From positions 123,070,001-123,134,000 of the forward strand of contig OZ024744.1 of assembly GCA_964016885.1 (NCBI GenBank): a stretch of DNA of 64,000 nucleotides, given 5' to 3'. The DNA is from Eledone cirrhosa (taxonomy: Eukaryota). Below the pieces are notes generated by a model. The model ran no database searches. It was given only the letters and a program-made list of their open reading frames with translations, and had not been told where the DNA came from. This document shows positions 15,520-24,300 of this stretch, piece after piece; position 1 is the first letter of the stretch; every line of letters begins with the position of its first letter. Made by a program: the position numbers and the translations under genes.

Positions 15520-17263
15520 ATACCTACTGTATTGTATTATATCTACATTAATGTATTATATCTACTGTACTGTAATATACCTACTGTACTGTAATATACC
15601 TACTGTACTGTAATATACCTACTGTACTGTAATCTATGTACTGTACTGTAATATACATACTGTATTGTAATATACCTACTGTACTGTAATATACCTACTG
15701 TACTGTAATATACCTACTGTACTGTAATATACCTACTGTACTGTAATATACCTACTGTACTGTAATATACCTACTGTACTGTAATATACCTACTGTACTG
15801 TATTATACCTACTGTACTGTAATATATCTACTGTACTGTAATATACATACTGTACTGTAATATACCTACTGTACTGTAATATACCTACTGTACTGTAATA
15901 TACCTACTGTACTGTAATATACCTAATGTACTGTAATATACCTACTGTACTGTATTATACCTACTGTACTGTAATATACCTACTGTACTGTAATATACCT
16001 ACTGTACTGTAATATACCTACTGTACTGTATTATACCTACTGTACTGTAATATACCTACTGTACTGTAATATACCTACTGTACTGTAATATACCTACTGT
16101 ACTGTAATATACCTACTGTACTGTAATATACCTACTGTACTGTAATATATCTACTGTACTGTAATATATCTACTGTACTGTAATATATCTACTGTACTGT
16201 AATATACCTACTGTACTGTAATATAACTACTGTACTGTAATATATCTACTGTACTGTAATATATCTACTGTACTGTAATATATCTACTGTACTGTAATAT
16301 ATCTACTGTACTGTAATATACCTACTGTACTGTAATATAACTACTGTACTGTAATATACCTACTGTACTGTAATATACCTACTGTACTGTAATATATCTA
16401 CTGTACTCTAATATACCTACTGTACTGTATTATACCTACTGCACTGTAATATATCTACTGTACTGTAATATACCTACTGTACTGTAATATACCTACTGTA
16501 CTGTAATATATCTACTGTAGTGTAATATACCTACTGTACTGTAATATATCTACTGTACTGTAATATACCTACTGTACTGTAATCTATGTACTGTACTGTA
16601 ATATACCTACTGTACTGTAATATACCTACTGTACTGTAATATACCTACTGTACTGTAATATACCTACTGTACAGTAATATATCTACTGTACTGTAATATA
16701 CCTACTGTACTGTAATATACCCACTGTACTGTATTATACCTACTGTACTGTAATATACCTACTGTACTGTAATATACCTACTGTACTGTAATATACCTAC
16801 TGTAATATATCTACTGTACTGTAATCTATCTACTGTACTGTAATATACCTACTGTACTGTAATATATCTACTGTACTGTAATATATCTACTGTACTGTAA
16901 TATACCTACTGTACTGTAATATACCTACTGTACTGTAATATACCTACTGTACTGTAATATATCTACTGTACTGTAATATACCTACTGTACTGTAATATAT
17001 CTACTGTACTGTAATATACCTACTGTACTGTAATATATCTACTGTACTGTAATATACCTACTGTACTGTATTATACCTACTGTACTGTAATATATCTACT
17101 GTACTGTAATATACCTACTGTACTGTAATATACCTAATGTACTGTAATATACCTACTGTACTGTAATATACCTACTGTACTGTAACATACCTACTGTACT
17201 GTAATATACATACTGTACTGTAATATACCTACTGTACTGTAATATATCTACTCTACTGTAATA
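15520..17263. repeat. 19-bp tandem minisatellite (CTACTGTACTGTAATATAC)n, ~90 copies, truncated by the gap
   Basis: Read directly. Highly homogeneous, with main variants ...ATATACCTAC... and ...ATATATCTAC...; the first 2-3 units are degenerate. Confidence 0.98.
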
Positions 17264-17463
17264 NNNNNNNNNNNNNNNNNNNNNNNNNNNNNNNNNNNNN
17301 NNNNNNNNNNNNNNNNNNNNNNNNNNNNNNNNNNNNNNNNNNNNNNNNNNNNNNNNNNNNNNNNNNNNNNNNNNNNNNNNNNNNNNNNNNNNNNNNNNNN
17401 NNNNNNNNNNNNNNNNNNNNNNNNNNNNNNNNNNNNNNNNNNNNNNNNNNNNNNNNNNNNNNN
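17264..17463. other. Assembly gap (200 N)
   Basis: Exactly 200 N. A round number is typical of a scaffolding placeholder of unknown true size. Confidence 0.99.
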
Positions 17464-17573
17464 TATACTATATATATAATATATACTATATATAATATAT
17501 ATATATATATATATACATATTATATATATATATATACATATATATACATATATATATATATACATATATATAC

Positions 17574-17604
<31 letters not shown>

Positions 17605-17629
17605 CATATATATATATACATATATAATA

Positions 17630-17679
<50 letters not shown>

Positions 17680-18077
17680 CAAATATATATATATATACAT
17701 ATATATATATACACATATATATATATATACATATATATATATACATATATACATATATATATATACATATATATATATACATATATATACATATATATAC
17801 ATATACATATATATATATATACATACACATATATATATACATACACATATATATATATACATACACATATATATATATACATACACATATATATATATAC
17901 ATACACATATATATACATACATACACATATATATACATACATACACATATATATACATACATACACATATATATACATACATACACATATATATACATAC
18001 ATACACATATATATACATACATACACATATATATACATACATACACATATATATACATACATACACATATATATACA

Positions 18078-18111
<34 letters not shown>

Positions 18112-18233
18112 CATACATATATACATATACATATACATACATATATACATACATACATACATATATATACATAGATATATATACATACATACATACATAC
18201 ATACATACATACATACACATATATATATACATA
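17464..18233. repeat. Compound (TA)n/(TACA)n microsatellite with an internal 20-bp higher-order unit
   Basis: TA runs punctuated by C. ATACACATATATATA(C/T)ATAC repeats about 12 times at 17841-18080, followed by (TACA)n. Confidence 0.95.
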
Positions 18234-18637
18234 TGGTGGCTGCCAACTCATTTTCGAGTACGGCCACTACTTTATATCCATGTAGGAGAACCTCTACCGA
18301 TGCGCTGAACGAGTGTGACTTTTTAGTCCAGCTAGCGACTTGAAAACTCTGGTACAAACACTACACTTGTGACAATTGACACATAGTGCTGGGCCCATGG
18401 TACCATGTGAGGACAAGTGCAGAGAGATCTCCAGATATAAAGCAATGCCTGTGCCGTGAAGCTTTTATAGTGAGCAAAGGCACTGCACGAAGCCAGTCCC
18501 ACTCTCTTAACCAAGATGATATTTACCTAAAAGAACAAGTCAACATCATTGGATACCATCAGGGTTGCAGGTGTTATATCAGAGTTTTCCTTCTCCTAGA
18601 ATTCTTCCTTGACAAAGGCTAAGGGGGTCATCTCTAC
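18234..18637 (-). mobile_element. Short non-autonomous RTE-clade LINE derivative (5' UTR joined to the ORF 3' end and 3' UTR)
   Basis: The minus strand begins GTAGAGATGACCCCCTTAGCCTTTGTCAAGGAAGAATTCTAGGAGAAGGAAAACTCTGAT, resembling the conserved RTE 5'-UTR motif (..TCTAGGAGAAGGAAAACTCTGAT..) as I recall it. It ends with a C2H2 finger, a stop codon, a short 3' UTR (GGCCGTACTCGAAAATGAGTTGGCAGCCACCAT) and a microsatellite tail. Recognised from memory, not by database search. Confidence 0.65.
18294..18398 (-). pseudogene. Single C2H2 zinc-finger coding remnant ([34 protein letters not shown]), probably the C-terminus of an RTE ORF
   Basis: Manual translation shows a C-x2-C-x3-F-x5-L-x2-H-x4-H pattern ending at TAG (18296-18294). 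The frame is closed upstream by TAA at 18467-18465. Confidence 0.7.
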
Positions 18638-18731
18638 ATACATACACATATATACATACATACATACATACACATATATACATACATACATACACATATA
18701 TACATACATACATACATATATACATACATAT

Positions 18732-18768
<37 letters not shown>

Positions 18769-18778
18769 TATACACATG
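18638..18778. repeat. (TACA)n/(CA)n microsatellite
   Basis: Read directly. Confidence 0.95.
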
Positions 18779-19026
18779 CCAATACATGGACCAAATAGAT
18801 CAATCAAACACACAACGATGCCCTCATGCTAGAAATAGCAGCCAAATTCCACTTAAAGCATTACACCCACCATAAGGTTTATTTATGATTTTAATATTCA
18901 AACAAAACGATTGATAAATAAAAAGTAAGGGCACCTTGTATAATGTAGTCTTAGATATACTAGGTCTTGAAGAAGAGGAGAAGGATGAACAGAAAGAATA
19001 TAACAAGATAATGTGATTTAAATAAA

Positions 19027-19093
19027 ATGACGGTACAGTCACGCCTGGAAAGACTTTGATCAAAGGTGTGGCTTCATCAGGGATTAAACAACA
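19027..19093 (+). mobile_element. Possible degenerate 3' end of an octopus SINE
   Basis: ..GTCACGCCTGGAAAGACTTTGATCAAAGGTGTGGCTTCATCAGGGATTAAACAACA resembles, from memory, a common Octopus repeat end terminating in TAAACAACAAC. The match is short and diverged. Confidence 0.35.
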
Positions 19094-19165
19094 TATATGT
19101 ATATATATTCAAAAACAATAAACAGTTTACAAATATATATATGTCTGTGTGTATCTGTATATATA

Positions 19166-19228
<63 letters not shown>

Positions 19229-19229
19229 A
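19094..19229. repeat. (TA)n/(TG)n microsatellite cluster
   Basis: Read directly. Further (TA)n/(TAGA)n runs occur at about 19480-19565, 19650-19684, 19775-19825 and 19980-19997. Confidence 0.9.
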
Positions 19230-19331
19230 GGAATAATTGTAAAATGTAAAACTGCGAAAATATGTAGTATTAAATAAATTGGTAATACATGTGACATAAT
19301 TTGGCATGGTAATATATAAATATAGAGAGAG

Positions 19332-19478
19332 AAAATAAATTTCTTTATTCGCCACAAGGGCACAAAAGAAGGGGATAAATACAAATGGGAGTTTACATAC
19401 AGGTATATACAAATAAAACTATTAATAAATTAACAAAAAACAATTGAAATCCCCAATATGGGGGAGGCGTTACACAAT
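19332..19478 (-). mobile_element. Probable 5'-truncated LINE 3' UTR fragment with poly(A) signal
   Basis: The minus strand is T-rich and ends ..TTTGTGCCCTTGTGGCGAATAAAGAAAT, similar to L1/Tx1-like 3' termini I recall from Octopus. AATAAA is at 19349-19344. Confidence 0.4.
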
Positions 19479-19650
19479 CTCTCTCTATATATATATATCT
19501 AGATAGATATGTTTCTATATATATCTAGATAGATATATAGATAGATAGATATGTTATATTATATACATTACGACAGTAAAAATATATTACATATATCATG
19601 ACAAAAATACAACGATATTGTCATAAAATAAAAGCACGTAGATTATACAG

Positions 19651-19684
<34 letters not shown>

Positions 19685-19784
19685 CCCGAGTATATTTGGG
19701 AGTAACCACAGTAAGGTACTCTATACATTAGTACAGTGTAAACATGTTTAATATAGAAATGGCTTTACAGGACATATATATGTG

Positions 19785-19828
<44 letters not shown>

Positions 19829-19875
19829 CAGACAAACTATGTATATATAAAAAAGCAAGTAGTTGTAATACTTAC

Positions 19876-19927
19876 TGCTGTCGCCAATAATTAATAATTT
19901 GAAGAGGTGATCGTACTCGTTGGCCAT
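19876..19927 (-). CDS. RAB35: First coding exon (52 nt, phase-1 intron) of a Rab35-type small GTPase
   Basis: Minus strand: ttttatttcag|tacagg ATG GCC AAC GAG TAC GAT CAC CTC TTC AAA TTA TTA ATT ATT GGC GAC AGC A|gtaagt = MANEYDHLFKLLIIGDS. Human RAB35 begins MARDYDHLFKLLIIGDSGVGKS (15/17 identical). YDHLFKLLIIGDS separates Rab35 from Rab1 and Rab8 (YDYLFKLLLIGDS) and Rab10 (YDLLFKLLLIGDS). There is a consensus GTAAGT donor, an upstream pyrimidine-rich acceptor and a good start context (AGGATGG). Confidence 0.92.
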
Positions 19928-20058
19928 CCTGTACTGAAATAAAAGTCTTGTTGTTAGACAGACAGATGGGAAAAAAAAAATATATATATATATATATTTT
20001 AGGGTTCTTATTTGTGTTAATTTCTTTTAGAGGTTCCTTTAAATAAAGTGTAACGTAC

Positions 20059-20110
20059 GCCTGTCTTCCGTCGTCTCTCCTCCTATGTTCCGTCGTAAAG
20101 AAGGCGGGAG
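20059..20110 (-). promoter_or_regulatory. Candidate non-coding first exon / TSS region of the Rab35 gene
   Basis: This is the most CpG-dense patch in the island (CCCGCCTTCTTTACGACGGAACATAGGAGGAGAGACGACGGAAGACAGGC). It is followed by a GTACGT donor at 20058-20053, giving a 125-nt intron to the acceptor at 19934. ETS-like CGGAAG motifs lie at 20070-20065 and 20544-20538. The 5' boundary is unknown. Confidence 0.45.
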
Positions 20111-20492
20111 AGAGACAGGCTGACAGATAGAAAGAGGGGTAAAGTAAATGACAAAGAGAGTGAGGGGGAAAGGGAAGGCCAAACTGAGAGAGAGACTGAC
20201 AGATAGATAGAGGGGTAGCAAAACACTGGAAGAGAGAGGGGTAAAGTGAATGACAAAGAGAGTGAGGGGGAAAGGGAAGGCCAAACTGAGAGAGGGAGAG
20301 TTACAGATAAAGAGTGAGTGAGTGAGAGATATAGGGTTAGAAATATAGAGGAACGGACAGAGAGAGAGTTATAGATAGTGAGAGATATAAAGTCAGAAAG
20401 AGAGAGAGAGGGTGAAATATAGAGGGACGGACAGACAGACAGAGAGAGAGAGAGGAAGTTATAGATAGACAGAGGGAGAGACAGAGAAAGAA
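20105..20492. repeat. GA-rich polypurine low-complexity tract with a ~60-bp direct duplication
   Basis: AGAGGGGTAAAGT(A/G)AATGACAAAGAGAGTGAGGGGGAAAGGGAAGGCCAAACTGAGAGAG occurs at about 20133 and 20235 (offset 102). Confidence 0.9.
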
Positions 20493-20573
20493 CTAGGTTG
20501 TGATTAATGGATGTTACTACACAGAATAAGTGACAACCTTCCGGATGAAAGAAGTTCTTTAATAAGTGTAGCA

Positions 20574-21016
20574 TAGTAGTAGTAGTAGTAGTAGAAGCAA
20601 TACCAGTACTACTACTACTACTACCACCACTACCACTACTACTACCATTACTACCACCACCACCCTATCACTAGCACCACCACTACAACCACCACCACCA
20701 CTACCACCACTACAACCACCACCACCACTACAACCACCACCACCCTATCACTACAACCACCACCACTACTACCACCACCACTACCACCATACAACCACCA
20801 ATGCCACCACCACCACCCTGCCACCACCACCACCCTGCCACCACCACCACTACCACCCGACCACTCCCACCATTACTACCACCCTACCAGCACCAGCACC
20901 ACCACCACCTTACCACATTACCACCACTACCACCACCACAACTGCCACTACTACTACCACCATCACTACCACCACCACTACAACTACTACTACCACTACC
21001 ACTACTACTACTATTA
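20574..21016. repeat. Trinucleotide microsatellite complex (TAG)7 / (CTA)n / (CCA)n
   Basis: Read directly. It is the source of the poly-Val and poly-Pro/His pseudo-ORFs. Confidence 0.95.
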
Positions 21017-21023
21017 CAGCAAT

Positions 21024-21190
21024 AATTGTTTCTACTTTCGGCACAAGGCCAGCAAATTGGAGTGGAGGGGAAAGTCGATTAAGTCCACTCCAGTACGTTA
21101 CTGGTACATTGTGATATCAAGCCCGTAAGGATTTGAGATCAGAAAGGCAAGGGACGTAACTTTATACCCCAGAGCATGTCCGACACTATA
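21024..21190 (-). mobile_element. tRNA-derived CORE-type octopus SINE (OR2-like), copy 1, degenerate
   Basis: Contains GGCACAAGGCCAGCAAATTGGAGTGGAGGGGAAAGTCGATT..CCAGT..ACTGGTAC, plus GGATTTGAGATCAGAA, which looks like a decayed reverse-complement B-box. It matches the abundant Octopus SINE consensus as I recall it. Confidence 0.75.
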
Positions 21191-21199
21191 CTTGATGAA

Positions 21200-21360
21200 A
21201 ATTGTTTCTACTTTTGGCACAAGGCCAGCAAATACCAATTGTATTACTGGTACTTTATTATATCGACCCCGTAAGGATGAAAGGTAAAGTTAATCTCGAT
21301 CGTAAAGGGGCGTAACTCTATACTGAAACGAATGGCGTCTGACCCTCTACCGATACTACC
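21200..21360 (-). mobile_element. tRNA-derived CORE-type octopus SINE (OR2-like), copy 2, degenerate
   Basis: Has the same terminus AATTGTTTCTACTTT(T/C)GGCACAAGGCCAGCAAAT. It also contains ACTGGTACTTTATTATATCGACCCCGTAAGGATGAAAGG, the reverse complement of the CORE-like CCTTTCATCCTT.CGGGGTCGATA motif. Confidence 0.8.
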
Positions 21361-21379
21361 ATATAATATTGATTTCCAA

Positions 21380-24300
21380 TGCCAACGCCAGTACATAACT
21401 GGCATACCAACACACCAACACACCAACACAATAACATACCAACATACCAACACACTAATATACCAAAATACCAACATGCCAACATAGAAACACACCAACT
21501 TACCAACAAAGCAACATACCAGCATACCAAAACACCAACATACCAACATAGCAACACAACAACATACCAAGACACCAACATATCAACATACCAACATACC
21601 AACATACCAACCAGCACACAAACATACCAACATAGCAACACACCAACGCACCAACTTACCAACACACAAACAAACAAACATACCAAAACACAAACATAAA
21701 AATACACCATCATACCAACACAACAACACATCAACATACCAACATACGAACATACCAACATATCAACATAGCAACACAGCAACATACCAACACACCAACA
21801 TACGAACATACCAACACACCAACATATTAAAACAGAAACATACATTCATACCAATATTCCAACATACCAACACACCAACATACCAACATACCAACACACT
21901 AACATACCATCATACCAAAATACCAACATACCAACACACTACCATACAAACATACCAACATAGCAACGTACCAACATGCCAACATATCATCATACCAACA
22001 TACCAACATACCAACATACAAACATACCAACACACCAACATACCAACATACCAACACACCAACATACCAACATACCAACGTACCAACACACAAACATACC
22101 AACATACCAACATAACAACATACCAACATACCAACACACCATCATACAAACACATCAAAACACCAACACATCAACATACCAACATACCAACACACCAACA
22201 CACCAACATACCAACACACCAACAAGCCAACATACCAACATACAAACATACTAACACACCAACATACCAACACACCAACTACCAACATACTTGCATAACA
22301 ACATACCAACATACAAGCATACCAAAATACCAACACACCAACACACCACATACCAACACACCAACATACCGACATACCAATATACCAACATACTAACACA
22401 CCAACACACAATCATACCAACATACCAACATACCAACATACCAACATGCCAACATACCAACACACCCACATATCAACAGAGCAACACACCAACATACCAA
22501 CACACCAACATATCAACACACCAACACACAAACATACCAACATACCAACACACCAACATACCGACATGCCAATATACCAACATACTAACACACCAACACA
22601 CAATCATACCAACACACCAACATACCAACATACCAACATACCAACATACCAACACACCCACATATCAACAGAGCAACACACCAACATACCAACACACCAA
22701 CATATCAACAGACCAACACACAAACATACCAACATATCAACACACCAACACACCAACATACCAACATAACAACATACCAACACACCAACATACCAACATA
22801 GCAACACACCAACACACCAACATACCAACATATCAACACACCAACACACCAACATACCAACATAACAACATACCAACATACCAACATACCAACACACCAA
22901 CACACCAACATACCCACATACAAACACACCAACATACCAACAAACCAACACACCAACGTAACAACATACGAGCATTCAAACTTATACCAACACACCACCA
23001 TGCCAATGTAAGAACATACCAACATACCAACACACCAATGTACCAACAAACCAGTATACCAATATATCAACATACCAACATACCAACATACCATCATACC
23101 AACACGCCAACATAAAAAACATACCAACATACCAACATACCAACACACAAACATACCAACATACCAATACACCAACATACCAACAGAGCAACATTCCAAC
23201 ATACCAACATACCAACATACCAACATACCAACACACCAACATACCAACAAACCAACATACCAACATATCAACATACTAACACACCAACATACCATTATTC
23301 CAAATTACCAACACACTAACACACAAAAAAAACAACGTACCAACATACCAACATACCATCATACCAACATACCAACATATCAACATACCAACATACAAAC
23401 ACAACAACACACCAACACACCAACATACCAACATACCAACATACCAACACACCAACATACCAACACATCAACATACCAACACACCAACAAACCAACAAAC
23501 CAACACACCAACTAACATCATTCCAACATAACCACACTAACACACCAAAACAACAACGTACCAACATAACAACAAACCATCATACCAACATACCAACGTA
23601 CCAACATGCCAACATAGCAACATACCACCATACCTACATACCAACATATCAACACACCAACCAACATACCAACATTCCAACATAGAAACATACCAACATA
23701 CCAACATACCAACACACCAACATACCAACACACCAACATACCAACATACCAACATACCAACTCACCCACATACTAACACACCAACATACCAACATATCAA
23801 CATACTAACACACCAACACACCAACACGACCAACATACCAACATACCAACATACCAACTTACCAACACACCAACACCAAAACATACCAAGATACCAACAT
23901 TACAAAATACCAACACACCAACGTAACAACATACCAGCAGACCAACATATCAACATACCAACATACCAAAATACCAACACACCAACATACCAACATACCA
24001 ACATACCAACATACCAACACACCAACATACCAACACACCAATATACCAACATACCAACACACCAACACACAAACATACCATCATACTAACATACCAACAT
24101 ACCAACATACCAACACACCAACACAACAACACATAAACATACCAAGACACCAACATACCAATATACCAACATTCCAACATACCAACATACCAACATACCA
24201 ACACACAAACATAGCAACATTCCATCATACGAACACACCAACATACCACCATGACAACACAGCAACATAACAACATACCGACACACAAGCATACAAGCAT

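Noticed and set aside
17248-18357. 369-aa and overlapping Y/I/M/C/V-rich ORFs
   Set aside because: They read through the TA/TACA microsatellite and the N gap, so they are low-complexity artefacts.
19321-19489. Apparent terminal inverted repeat TATAGAGAGAG / CTCTCTCTATA suggesting a MITE
   Set aside because: It is 11 bp of low-complexity sequence in a microsatellite-rich region, and the interior looks more like a LINE 3' end.
19876-19927. Assignment of the exon to Rab1, Rab8 or Rab10, or to a processed pseudogene
   Set aside because: The His7 and Ile13-Ile14 residues fit Rab35. Homology stops exactly at a GTAAGT donor, which is incompatible with a retrocopy.
20039-21025. Ser/Leu-rich, poly-Val and poly-Pro/His ORFs
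   Set aside because: They are translations of the GA-rich tract and trinucleotide repeats.
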